A stretch of DNA of 54,413 nt. Origin: Candidatus Cloacimonadota bacterium (GTDB taxonomy: Bacteria; Cloacimonadota; Cloacimonadia; JGIOTU-2). Numbering within the stretch: position 1 is the first letter of the stretch; each line of letters begins with the position of its first letter. Shown here piece after piece: positions 45,705 to 54,413 of the stretch. The position numbers were made by a program, and so were the translations under genes. The stretch spans positions 1-54,413 of the forward strand of contig JAUWPE010000001.1 in assembly GCA_030611765.1 (NCBI GenBank), given 5' to 3'. A model generated the notes under the pieces. The model was not told the origin of the DNA, searched no databases, and saw only the letters and a list, made by a program, of their open reading frames with translations.

Positions 45705-46576
45705 GATTAACAATTCCTGAACACGAAATAATGACTCCCGGTCACCTTGCCTGCCAGGGGTGCGGCGGTTCACTTGGGATGCGCTATGCACTAAAAGTGT
45801 TTGGCAAAAATACAATGCTTTCCATTCCCGCCTGCTGCTGGGCAGTGATAGATGGTCCATTTCCTTATACGTCTGTGAACGTACCTCTCTTTCATACTGC
45901 CTTTGAAACTGCTGCAATTATGGCATCAGGAATAAAGGCAGGTCTTATGGTGCAGGGAAAAGATACAACAAATGTAATTGCCTGGGCTGGAGATGGTGGC
46001 ACTTTTGATATCGGTTTGCAGGCAATTTCAGGTGCAGCAGAAAGAAATGATGACATTACCTATATTGTGTATGATAATGAAGCATATATGAACACAGGTA
46101 TTCAGCGCAGTTCTGCGACTCCTCACGGTGCATGGACAACTACTACTCCTGTAAAGCACTACAAGAAAGGACCGAAGAAGAACATGGTCGAGATCATGGC
46201 TGCTCATCGCATTCCTTACACTGCAACTGCATCAGTGGGATACCCGGAAGATTTCTGTAAGAAACTTGAGAAAGCAAAGAACACGAAAGGATTCAAATTT
46301 CTCCATTTGCTTGCACCTTGTCCCACAGGATGGAAATATGACCCGAGATATACTATCAAATTAGCAAAGCTCGCGGTTCAAACTAATTACTTCCCGCTTT
46401 ATGAAATTATTGATGGAATTCACTACAAGCAAACTATGAAAGTGAAAGAACGAAAACCCATCAAAGAGTACTTAAAGTATCAGGGGAGGTTCAAACATTT
46501 GCATGAAGATGAAGTGCAGTTTTTTCAGGATTTCATAGATGAAAACTACGGAATCCTCAGGACGAAATTAGAATAA
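45701..46576 (+). CDS. 2-oxoacid:ferredoxin oxidoreductase subunit beta (TPP-binding)
   Basis: CQGCG and GDGGTFDIG (TPP GDG motif). ATG at 45701 overlaps the alpha stop (ATGA). Confidence 0.9.
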   Translation: MRLTIPEHEIMTPGHLACQGCGGSLGMRYALKVFGKNTMLSIPACCWAVIDGPFPYTSVNVPLFHTAFETAAIMASGIKAGLMVQGKDTTNVIAWAGDGGTFDIGLQAISGAAERNDDITYIVYDNEAYMNTGIQRSSATPHGAWTTTTPVKHYKKGPKKNMVEIMAAHRIPYTATASVGYPEDFCKKLEKAKNTKGFKFLHLLAPCPTGWKYDPRYTIKLAKLAVQTNYFPLYEIIDGIHYKQTMKVKERKPIKEYLKYQGRFKHLHEDEVQFFQDFIDENYGILRTKLE

Positions 46577-46596
46577 TTGTGATAATAAATTCAAAT

Positions 46597-46782
46597 CCCC
46601 TCTTTGCAGAAAGCTGTCCATTACACACAAATATTAATTAGCCTCGTAGAGGTGTAATATTTGTAGCCGATTGCTTTAGCGACAGTAATGTAGAAAAGAT
46701 ATTATAAAGCTCCATAGGAGCGATATATTTCGCCCTTATAGGGCTATCAATTAGGCTTCTTTTTACCTTTGCAGAAAGAGGT
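46597..46782. repeat. mini-hairpin array enclosed by CTTTGCAGAAAG words
   Basis: CCCCTCTTTGCAGAAAG (46597-46613) and CCTTTGCAGAAAGAGG (46766-46782) flank CCTCgtaGAGG (46642-46652), CTCCataGGAG (46710-46720) and GCCCttataGGGC (46732-46744). Confidence 0.65.
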
Positions 46783-46885
46783 AATTGATTTTTTTAATAA
46801 AAAAAATTAATTAAAACTTGACACGTTTTTTTTATAGGATTCATATTAGTGTCCTCATAATTCCCTCCTTTACTCTTAGTAGAGT

Positions 46886-46915
46886 CGAGCCGCCTCCCCG
46901 GCGGCTCGTTTTTTT
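46886..46915 (+). terminator. rho-independent terminator (plus strand)
   Basis: Stem CGAGCCGCC (46886-46894) / GGCGGCTCG (46900-46908), loop TCCCC, then seven T (46909-46915). On the minus strand there is no U-run after the hairpin. Confidence 0.8.
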
Positions 46916-49295
46916 ATATATCACAATCAATAACTTCTCTTTCAGAAATCATTGTTTTAATCTTTAGAGTATTACCTCCGTACAAAAAAATTACTGCCCC
47001 ATCTTGATCTGTACGGAATAATTCATTTATAGAACTATCTAACCTCGCAACGATTTCTTCATCGGGATGATCATATCTATTTTTTGTTCCAACAGAAATT
47101 ACAGCATATTCTGGTGAAACATATTCCAAAAAATCAAGAGTTGAAGAACTATTGCTTCCATGATGTCCAACTTTTAAAAGATCCGAATCAAGTTTATCTC
47201 CCCAATTTTCAACAAGAATTGCTTCAACTTCCTTCTCTGCATCTCCGGTGAAAAGTACAGAAAGGTCACCGTATTCAATTTTTATCACGATTGAATAATT
47301 ATTCACGTTGGTCTCGTTCTTATATTCATAAGTAGGATGAAGAATTTTGAGGTTGATTTGCTCAAACTCCTCAAAGACAAGTGAGGTATCTGCATAGATA
47401 ATTTCTATATCATTATCATCAATAAATGTTAGAACATTATCATAAAGCTGGGATTTATAATCACATCTGGGAAGCAGTACTTTATCTATTTTGAGATTGT
47501 TCATTACAGCTTGAGCACCCCCGATATGATCCGCATGAGGATGGGTAAGGATAAGAAGGTCTATCTCCTTAATTCCACGTGCTTTAAAGTATGGAACAAC
47601 AACCAGTTCTCCATAATCCCTTCGCATAGTTTTATCGCCAGTATCGATGAGTATTGTTTTACGATCGGGTGTGCGGATAACTATCGCATCACCCTGTCCT
47701 ACATCGAGGACTGTGATCTCAAGATTTCTTTCCAGTAATAATCCGGGAACTATTAGAATTGATGCGGTCAAAATTGAAAAGGAAAGAAATTTATATAGTT
47801 TTATCTTTGTATTGTCTGTATTTTTCCAAAGTAAGATCAAAAAAAGCAATACTGCATATAGAGCAATGATCTGAAATTCACTCATATAAAGAAAATCGAA
47901 AAGAAGAATTCTGTGTATTGCAACAAGGCGAGAAATCGCAAAAACGACAAAAAGTAACAACTTATTTGCCGCAGCATAAATGGCACATATTGCAGAAATT
48001 GGAAACAAAATTGAAAAAATGGAGAGGGGAAGCACCAGTGAAATAAGGGGAATCGCTATCACATTTGCAATTATTCCGCCAAGCGCAAGTGTATGGAAAT
48101 AGTGAATAGTAAGCGGCGCAAGAACTATCTGAACCATCAAACTCAATAGTACAAGATTCAACAGCCAGAAGATTTTTGGATGATTTTTTCGAAGCGGATT
48201 TAATTTTTGAGAGAGATACTGAAAGATAACAAGAATGGCAAAGACCGATATAAATGAAAGCTGAAACCCAATGCTGAATAGCTGTAAGGGATTGATAACC
48301 AAAATGATAAAAGCGGCTGCAAAAAGAATATTTATGGTACCGATCCTTCTCTGCAATATTTTTGCCAATAGCACTAAGCTGATCATAATCACTGCTCGCT
48401 GAACAGAAGGAACAGCATGAGCAAGCAGCATATAATACATTAGTAAAATTATTGTAAGAATTCGAGCTGCAGTTCGATTTCTTAATACTATCTGGAAGAT
48501 CGTCAGAAAGATGAGAGCGATCACTCCAGTATGCAACCCGCTGACAGCAAGTATGTGTGACAATCCCGATGAAGCAAAATCCTGTCTTAATTGCAATGGC
48601 AGAGAACTCTTTTCACCAAGAAGGATCGCTTTCAGGAAGCCGGAATATTTTGGTGAATAAAATCTATCGATTCGAGCTCTAATCCAATTTCTGGGCACAA
48701 CAATGAGATAATAATAAGGGTTTTTTGATTCACTTGTAATGGTATAATCAGATTTATAAAGGTACGAAAGCCCGTGAATATTATTGTTCTCAAGGTATTC
48801 CCGATAATTAAAACTGTATGGATTGTTGCTCTTTAACGGTCGAAAGATCGTTCCATTATAACAGATATGATCTCCATAAGAAGGAACAGCGTTACTATAT
48901 TTGTCCTTTATTGTAAGACGAATATTACCCAGCACAGGAACGCCTTCGAGCTTAGTAAGCTTAACTATACAAGTGATCTTATCAGATGAAACTTCGGGTT
49001 CTTCAATTATTTGTCCCTCAATCTGAACCTTCTCAATGCCCAGATGATCTATGAAATGTGCAATATGATGTTCCGGCTGAAGCTGACTGATTTGAAATCT
49101 GAATATCCCGAAAAGAATAAGCAAGCCAATTATCGGAAATAGAGGTCGCTTTTTATGAATTAGAAGAAATGTCGCAGCAAAAATGAGTGCAATTGCAATA
49201 TGAAGAATTGGAACGGAGAAAAATGAACCCAGAAGTAATCCTGCAATAAAACATGTAGTAATGGGAATAAATGGATGATTGAAGATCTTCCTCAT
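46914..49295 (-). CDS. comEC: DNA internalization-related competence protein ComEC/Rec2
   Basis: 793 aa. Polytopic competence domain plus a C-terminal metallo-beta-lactamase domain (VLDVGQGDA...HPHADHIGG). Confidence 0.9.
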   Translation of the reverse strand: MRKIFNHPFIPITTCFIAGLLLGSFFSVPILHIAIALIFAATFLLIHKKRPLFPIIGLLILFGIFRFQISQLQPEHHIAHFIDHLGIEKVQIEGQIIEEPEVSSDKITCIVKLTKLEGVPVLGNIRLTIKDKYSNAVPSYGDHICYNGTIFRPLKSNNPYSFNYREYLENNNIHGLSYLYKSDYTITSESKNPYYYLIVVPRNWIRARIDRFYSPKYSGFLKAILLGEKSSLPLQLRQDFASSGLSHILAVSGLHTGVIALIFLTIFQIVLRNRTAARILTIILLMYYMLLAHAVPSVQRAVIMISLVLLAKILQRRIGTINILFAAAFIILVINPLQLFSIGFQLSFISVFAILVIFQYLSQKLNPLRKNHPKIFWLLNLVLLSLMVQIVLAPLTIHYFHTLALGGIIANVIAIPLISLVLPLSIFSILFPISAICAIYAAANKLLLFVVFAISRLVAIHRILLFDFLYMSEFQIIALYAVLLFLILLWKNTDNTKIKLYKFLSFSILTASILIVPGLLLERNLEITVLDVGQGDAIVIRTPDRKTILIDTGDKTMRRDYGELVVVPYFKARGIKEIDLLILTHPHADHIGGAQAVMNNLKIDKVLLPRCDYKSQLYDNVLTFIDDNDIEIIYADTSLVFEEFEQINLKILHPTYEYKNETNVNNYSIVIKIEYGDLSVLFTGDAEKEVEAILVENWGDKLDSDLLKVGHHGSNSSSTLDFLEYVSPEYAVISVGTKNRYDHPDEEIVARLDSSINELFRTDQDGAVIFLYGGNTLKIKTMISEREVIDCDI

Positions 49296-49316
49296 AATGC
49301 GCCAAGCATGATCCTT

Positions 49317-50447
49317 TTAGTAGCTGGAATAAATTTTTTCTTTTATTTCTTTGTCTTTTCCAATAATTGTTTCAAGATCGGGTTCGTGAATATTCGGTAT
49401 AGAAAGTTCTTTTTCAACGATCTTTGGAATTTCTATGAAAGATATTTTTTCCTGCAGGAAGAGAGTTACTGCAGCTTCATTAGCAGCGTTGAAAATCGTG
49501 GGCATTATGCCGCCATTCTTTCCAACTTCAAAAGCCATGCGCAGCAGAGGGAACTTCTCAAAATTAGGTTTATAAAAGGTGAGCTCGTGGATTTTCGCCA
49601 AATCTATGTATTGAGCTGTTGCATCAAGCCGGTCTGGATAACTAAGAGCGTACTGGATTGGGATCTTCATATCAGGAAAACTAAGCTGTGAAATGATAGA
49701 ACCATCTATATACTCAACCATCGAATGGATAACGGATTGCGGATGGATGAGCACGTCGATTTCATCAAAAGATATATCAAACAGATAGTGTGCCTCAATA
49801 ACTTCCAGTCCTTTGTTTGCCATAGTTGCAGAATCGATGGTGATCTTATCTCCCATCGCCCAGGTAGGATGCTGAAGCGCATCTTTAAGCGTTATGTTCT
49901 TAAATGCTTCAATCTTTAGACTTGAAAAGGGTCCACCCGAAGCTGTAAGCAATATTCTTCGCACTTGAGATTTGTCCTGCGCTCCTTCAAGACACTGCAT
50001 GATAGCGCTGTGTTCGCTGTCAACAGGAATAATTTTACACTGATTTTCTCTGGCAAGGTCAGTAATAATATCACCAGCCATGACGAGTGACTCTTTATTT
50101 GCAAGTGCGATATTGTGAGCTGTTTTCAGTCCGGCTACAGTGTATTTCAGCCCAGCAGAGCCGACCACTGCATTGAGCATAATATCATAATCGATTTCTT
50201 TCAAAAGGGTTAGGAGGGTGTCTTCTCCATGATGAATATTGTGTGCCTGCCCTGTTCTGTCAGCGCCATTTTCACCCGTGATCACAAAATGGTTTATTGG
50301 AACTTCGTTCGCACAATTAAGAAGCTCATCAATCCTGTTATGAGCAGATGCGAGTACGATCTTAAATTCGTCAGGATGTCTTTTAACGACCCCGATGGTT
50401 GACTGCCCGATCGAGCCGGTTGCGCCGAGTAATGCGATTTTTTTCAT
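49317..50447 (-). CDS. dxr: 1-deoxy-D-xylulose 5-phosphate reductoisomerase
   Basis: N-terminal NADPH loop LLGATGSIGQST, LANKESLV and PVDSEHSAI motifs. Confidence 0.95.
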   Translation of the reverse strand: MKKIALLGATGSIGQSTIGVVKRHPDEFKIVLASAHNRIDELLNCANEVPINHFVITGENGADRTGQAHNIHHGEDTLLTLLKEIDYDIMLNAVVGSAGLKYTVAGLKTAHNIALANKESLVMAGDIITDLARENQCKIIPVDSEHSAIMQCLEGAQDKSQVRRILLTASGGPFSSLKIEAFKNITLKDALQHPTWAMGDKITIDSATMANKGLEVIEAHYLFDISFDEIDVLIHPQSVIHSMVEYIDGSIISQLSFPDMKIPIQYALSYPDRLDATAQYIDLAKIHELTFYKPNFEKFPLLRMAFEVGKNGGIMPTIFNAANEAAVTLFLQEKISFIEIPKIVEKELSIPNIHEPDLETIIGKDKEIKEKIYSSY

Positions 50448-50450
50448 AAT

Positions 50451-51269
50451 TTATCCTATCAAAATAAAATAGAAATACAAAAACGGTGCACTTATCAATA
50501 AACTATCGAACCTATCGAGTATGCCGCCATGACCTGGAATGAGATTGGATGAATCCTTCACTCCGAAGTCACGTTTCAGGTTGGATTCGACCAAGTCGCC
50601 CAACTGCCCGAGAAATCCTACAATAATACCATATGCCACTATGTCTTTCCATGAATTGAGCACAAAATATCCAAATATGAGATGTGCCAGTTGATTAAGC
50701 AGATAGGCGCCGACAAAGGCAGTGATAAAACCTGCAACGAACCCCTCGATGGATTTATTCTTGCTGGAACGAAAGATATTTCTATGCTTACCGAATCTGA
50801 CGCCAAGAAAATATGCTGCAGAATCCGTCAGCCAGATGCATCCGTAAAGTATGATGAGGAGAAATTTTCCATGCTCGAGGGTCCGCACAAGATAGAGAAA
50901 AGACAGCAGCAGGGGAATATAGATCAGTGAAAACATACTGTAGGAAATTTTTTCAACTGAGTGCTTTTCTCTGTTTGCAAACACATCCCAGGCAAGGAAC
51001 AAGAATATGAACAGAAAAAATAAAGGCACAATGTATGTGAATTCGAAGAAAAAGATCGACCATGTGACCAGCAGTCCGCAAATAATGAGGACTGGGAGAA
51101 GGAGTTTCACCTCTTTGTGATGGCGGGTGAGGAGGTAGAACTCCCGAATACCAAGTATGGTGACAAGAGAAAGAAGGATTTGAAGTGCATATCCTCCAAA
51201 CCAGGCACAGACCAGCATAATAGGTCCGTAGATCATCGAACTTAACGTGCGGACAACCACCTTTTTCAT
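50451..51269 (-). CDS. cdsA: phosphatidate cytidylyltransferase
   Basis: CTP-transferase signature SNLKRDFGVKDSSNLIPGHGGILDRFDS. Polytopic. Confidence 0.9.
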   Translation of the reverse strand: MKKVVVRTLSSMIYGPIMLVCAWFGGYALQILLSLVTILGIREFYLLTRHHKEVKLLLPVLIICGLLVTWSIFFFEFTYIVPLFFLFIFLFLAWDVFANREKHSVEKISYSMFSLIYIPLLLSFLYLVRTLEHGKFLLIILYGCIWLTDSAAYFLGVRFGKHRNIFRSSKNKSIEGFVAGFITAFVGAYLLNQLAHLIFGYFVLNSWKDIVAYGIIVGFLGQLGDLVESNLKRDFGVKDSSNLIPGHGGILDRFDSLLISAPFLYFYFILIG

Positions 51270-51275
51270 AAGCTG

Positions 51276-51995
51276 TTACACTCCTCCAAATCGGCGCGAA
51301 CGTCTCTGGAAATCAATAATTGCCTGTAGAAATTCTTCCGGAGAGAAGTCAGGCCAGAGCGTTTTTGTAAAGTACATTTCAGAATAAGCGATCTGCCAGA
51401 TTAGGTAATTGCTGATCCTCATCTCTCCGCCTGTGCGGATAAGCAGATCGGGGTCGGGAGCATTTTTTGTATATAAATAGCGCGAAAAATCTTCCAAAGT
51501 TATTGATTTTACATTCTCTTTGAGCAGTGTATTTATACCTTCGACAATTTCCAGTCTGCCACCATAATTGACTGCTACGAGAAGATGAAGCCCGGTATTA
51601 TTTCTGGTCATTTCATAGGAGTTGTCCATTTTCTTGGCAAGTGAGCCAGAGATACCTTCTCGGGAGCCGATGAATTTGATGACAACATTGTTTTCATGTA
51701 GTTCTCTTATCTCTTTCATAAGCGTATTCTCAATAAGAGTAAGCACCGCTCTTGGCTCGTTATTCGGGCGTTTCCAATTTTCTGTGGAGAAGGCGTATAT
51801 CGTAAGATAGTTTAGCCCGATATCACCGCAAACTTGTACAATCCTTTTTAAAGCTTTTGTGCCCTCGAAATGCCCCTTTATGCGAGGCAGTTTTTTTGAT
51901 TTTGCCCATCTGCCATTACCATCCATAATAATTGCTATGTGCTGTGGCAGGGGATTTCTTTTAAGGGCAAGAATAAGTTCGGATTTTGATTTCAT
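51276..51995 (-). CDS. uppS: isoprenyl transferase (undecaprenyl diphosphate synthase)
   Basis: HIAIIMDGNGRWA and the ...RTGGEMRISNYLIWQIAYSE motifs of cis-prenyltransferases. Confidence 0.95.
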   Translation of the reverse strand: MKSKSELILALKRNPLPQHIAIIMDGNGRWAKSKKLPRIKGHFEGTKALKRIVQVCGDIGLNYLTIYAFSTENWKRPNNEPRAVLTLIENTLMKEIRELHENNVVIKFIGSREGISGSLAKKMDNSYEMTRNNTGLHLLVAVNYGGRLEIVEGINTLLKENVKSITLEDFSRYLYTKNAPDPDLLIRTGGEMRISNYLIWQIAYSEMYFTKTLWPDFSPEEFLQAIIDFQRRSRRFGGV

Positions 51996-52129
51996 AACAA
52001 AGATTATTGTTGATAATGGGCAATATCTCTGTCAATAAATGCGTTTGTGAATATAAATGATTCAAGTTATGTATGTGATATTGATGAAAGTTAAATATGC
52101 ACTAATTAGTAAATCCACCTTAAATCTGA

Positions 52130-52540
52130 AATCTTCAATCGGTGTTCGATATTCTTACATCAAATACCTAACTCGGATAAACCCCGTAGGAAAACCCTTT
52201 TTCTGTTCTGTATCCTCGGATATAAGTAGTATCCAACGGGGTAAACCGAAACCAAAGAATTAGCAACGAAACTGTCTTCGTTACACTTCAGTCTTCGCTA
52301 CGCTACGCCCCGACAAAACGCCACGGCAGGCAAAACGAACAAAATCCAACAAAAAATAAAAAAAGTTCGTTGTTGTTAGTGTTTGCCTGCTCCGTTGAAT
52401 CTTTTTTTCTATTCAACTGGAGTTAGTTGCTAAAAATCTTTTGCCAAAAAATGCAAGAATTATAGAATTAAGTGACTAAAATCTAATATCGAATAATGAT
52501 TAACGAATGATGATTTTAGAAGATGGCTGGTAGGAACAGT
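52130..52540. repeat. hairpin/word repeats in the uppS upstream spacer
   Basis: GCAGGCAAA...TTTGCCTGC (9-bp arms) enclosing ACGAAC...GTTCGT. CCGTTGAAT...ATTCAACTGG. Words AATATCGAATAATGATTAACGAATGATGAT (compare 10672-10695) and TAGAATTAAGTGACTAAA (compare 17559). Confidence 0.65.
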
Positions 52541-52592
52541 TCACAAATCCCAAGTTTGCAATTCGTGCCCTGCATTCAAATTACTAATAAAT

Positions 52593-52622
52593 GAAAAAAG
52601 GGACACCCGCGTGATGTCCCTT
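52593..52622 (-). terminator. rho-independent terminator of the Spy/CpxP-like gene
   Basis: Stem AAGGGACA (52598-52605) / TGTCCCTT (52615-52622), followed on the minus strand by TTTTCATTT. Confidence 0.6.
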
Positions 52623-52642
52623 AATAATTATAGGGAGAATGC

Positions 52643-53158
52643 TTACTTGCCCAACTTTTGATGCTTTGCGGGAGGACCTTGAGGTTTCATTTTATGTAAT
52701 GCTTTGAGCTTATCTTTCTGATCTTCTGTAAGAACAGAATCGATCTTTTCTTTAACAGTGATACGTTCCTTAGCAAGAGTTGCTTTTTTCAGGAAAATCT
52801 GATCAACGATCTTGCGAGCTTCTTTATAATTGCCATCGTCCATTGCATTTTTCTGATCGATCTGCAGTTTATTAATATCTGCCTTCACATCGATTGCTAC
52901 TTTGCGGGCAACATCCTGATAATCGTCGATCATTTCAATTTGATCGTCTGTTAGTCCAAGCTCTTCTGCCATCCAGAAAGGAAATCCCATTTGTTGACCC
53001 TTTCCCTGGGGTCCCTGTCTCATAAAATGTCCTTCATGAGATTGTTTTTGAGACATCATAGGCATATGACCTTTTGGGTTATGGAAATTTCCATCTTGAG
53101 CCAGCAACGGAGTTGCAAGCAGGGCTAAAAGTGCTGTGAGTATAAGATATTTTTTCAT
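52643..53158 (-). CDS. periplasmic Spy/CpxP-family (LTxxQ) protein
   Basis: Signal peptide MKKYLILTALLALLATPLLA after GGAGG. Two LTxxQ motifs (LTDDQIEMI, LTEDQKDKL). Helical, K/Q-rich. Confidence 0.7.
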   Translation of the reverse strand: MKKYLILTALLALLATPLLAQDGNFHNPKGHMPMMSQKQSHEGHFMRQGPQGKGQQMGFPFWMAEELGLTDDQIEMIDDYQDVARKVAIDVKADINKLQIDQKNAMDDGNYKEARKIVDQIFLKKATLAKERITVKEKIDSVLTEDQKDKLKALHKMKPQGPPAKHQKLGK

Positions 53159-53537
53159 TTGTACCTCCATGATTTTATTTTTTCACATATTTGTCTCATA
53201 AGATTGGAAAGAATGGAAAAGGTTTAAAAAAGATTATCAGATGAATGAAATAAAAAATATGAACAGAAAAATTTGACAAAGAATGAAATGAATTTTTTAA
53301 AAGGATTACGGAGTTTAATTGAAAACAGAATTCAGCATTCGGTTAATTAACAAACCAACTTGTTTGGAGAAGAATAAGTTTATATAAAAAACCTCTCTAT
53401 CCTGATCCTGGGATAGTGAGGTATATTGAATGCGAACATTGAATAAGAAAGGCAATACGCAGAAGTGTCGATAGAAGCTGGAGTTGAGGGAGTAGCGTAT
53501 TTAAATTTATAGAATATTACAGCTTGAAGAGGATAAA

Positions 53538-54164
53538 ATGAAGAAATTAATTGCATTGGTATTTACAATACTTTTTATCAGTAATTTATATTCTGATGAA
53601 AGATGGCAGGAACAAAATATCTTCAACTCAAATTATCTCAAAACTGTAATTACATCTAAAGACAATAACCAAATAAATATGAAAGGTTATTATTATAATA
53701 AACCAACAAAAAATGATAGTATTACATTAACAGAACCGATTAAGAGACCCAAAGATTGTTTCTTTTTTGCTCTTGATACGATTGTAATGCCTGGAATTCA
53801 AATTGGCTATGGATTTATCAAACGGGATTCTACCTCAACCATGGAAAAGATTTTTATTGCTCATGCAAATTTTGGAGGAATATGGCCGGTATTTACTGCC
53901 GGCATACATTCAAAAATTAATACTTTCAAGTCATCTGAAAGAAAAGGATTTTATACCTGCTACAATATTGGTTTAGACTATGTTCTTATTGCAGGAGTTG
54001 GACCTGGTGGAGGCGACGTACATTCGAAAGAATTTTTATTTCCATACGTTTCTTTTGGTCTTGGTTATAGTTTTCAAATTGGTAGAAGTTCATTTTTCAG
54101 AATATCGGGTGATCTTGGTCTAAAAGCGATCCTTGCAAGTGTAACACTATCATTTGTTTTTTAA
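53538..54164 (+). CDS. hypothetical secreted protein (possibly small beta-barrel)
   Basis: Signal peptide MKKLIALVFTILFISNLYS. G/Y/F-rich C-terminal half ending ...VTLSFVF. No family recognised. Confidence 0.5.
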   Translation: MKKLIALVFTILFISNLYSDERWQEQNIFNSNYLKTVITSKDNNQINMKGYYYNKPTKNDSITLTEPIKRPKDCFFFALDTIVMPGIQIGYGFIKRDSTSTMEKIFIAHANFGGIWPVFTAGIHSKINTFKSSERKGFYTCYNIGLDYVLIAGVGPGGGDVHSKEFLFPYVSFGLGYSFQIGRSSFFRISGDLGLKAILASVTLSFVF

Positions 54165-54177
54165 AAGGAGATAAAAA

Positions 54178-54413
54178 ATGAAAAAGATAGTCATAATAAT
54201 CATAGTATTATTGATTTGTGCAAATTTACAGGCACAAAAATATTGTTCAAATATTCATAAATACTTATTTCAAGAAGGTGTTAACTTTCTTGAACACTAT
54301 AAAGTATATGAAGAATATCAAGAATATAATGCTGGGGTGGAAAACCCGAGATATAATAAAATGAAGGAAGGTTCATGGAAAGAAGATGAGAGTGATTGGG
54401 TATATGGATATGC
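54178..54413 (+). CDS. hypothetical secreted protein, partial (runs off window end)
   Basis: AAGGAG at 54165-54170, ATG at 54178, signal peptide MKKIVIIIIVLLICANLQA. Open to the end of the window, so not in the ORF track. Confidence 0.5.
   Translation, partial: MKKIVIIIIVLLICANLQAQKYCSNIHKYLFQEGVNFLEHYKVYEEYQEYNAGVENPRYNKMKEGSWKEDESDWVYGY

Noticed and set aside
46886-46915. Terminator hairpin considered as the comEC terminator
   Set aside because: On the minus strand the hairpin is followed by ACTCTAC rather than a U-run, so only the plus-strand orientation is canonical. It is assigned to plus-strand transcription.
1-54413. Search for prophage, IS elements, integrase/transposase, toxin-antitoxin pairs or defence-system genes
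   Set aside because: No ORF of 60 aa or more shows recombinase, transposase, reverse transcriptase, Cas, restriction endonuclease or typical defence ATPase/nuclease motifs. The only relics are the 40-codon methyltransferase fragment and the split GxxExxY gene.

Overview
AT-rich bacterial chromosomal segment with about 47 protein-coding genes, mostly minus-strand operons with tight 1-4 nt start/stop overlaps (TAATG, ATGA). No rRNA, tRNA, CRISPR array, transposase or integrase gene was seen.

Gene content is mainly housekeeping. It covers envelope and lipid-carrier synthesis (LpxL-type acyltransferase, GT9 heptosyltransferase, uppP, uppS, cdsA, dxr), proteostasis (hslUV, ftsH, sppA), DNA functions (uvrA, holA, scpB, comEC, dCMP deaminase, deoxynucleoside kinase), a zur-znuACB zinc operon, tilS-hpt, era, and anaerobic amino-acid/2-oxoacid metabolism (iorAB, a four-subunit gamma-delta-alpha-beta 2-oxoacid:ferredoxin oxidoreductase). 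This mix suggests an anaerobic amino-acid fermenter of the FCB group, possibly Cloacimonadota-like; that is inference only.

The unusual part is non-coding. Almost every intergenic spacer longer than about 200 bp is filled with mosaics of GC-richer palindromic hairpin modules.
- Three loci (10.4-11.5 kb, 20.05-20.77 kb, 37.65-38.35 kb) share modules in shuffled order.
- Two of them share blocks of about 310 bp and 120 bp at about 98% identity in inverted orientation.
- One hairpin carries about 113 bp of extra hairpins nested in its loop.
- One array is tandemly duplicated (about 276 bp period) and is bounded by a second, still in-frame copy of the deoxynucleoside kinase 3' end, in an attL/attR-like layout.
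- A 97-bp element with 11-13 bp perfect terminal inverted repeats splits a GxxExxY (PD-(D/E)XK) gene, and removing it restores one ORF.

Other observations:
- a CHASE2-cyclase / SH3b-M48 protease / beta-barrel-like / TPR operon
- an SppA with a ~250-aa beta-barrel-like N-terminal extension
- decayed gene remnants (a DNA methyltransferase N-terminus and a beta-propeller lipoprotein)
- a 72-bp coding tandem repeat in a MORN/YwqK lipoprotein
- several palindromic operator candidates
- a promoter-plus-terminator pair that could encode a small RNA

All family assignments come from motifs read by eye; no database search was run.
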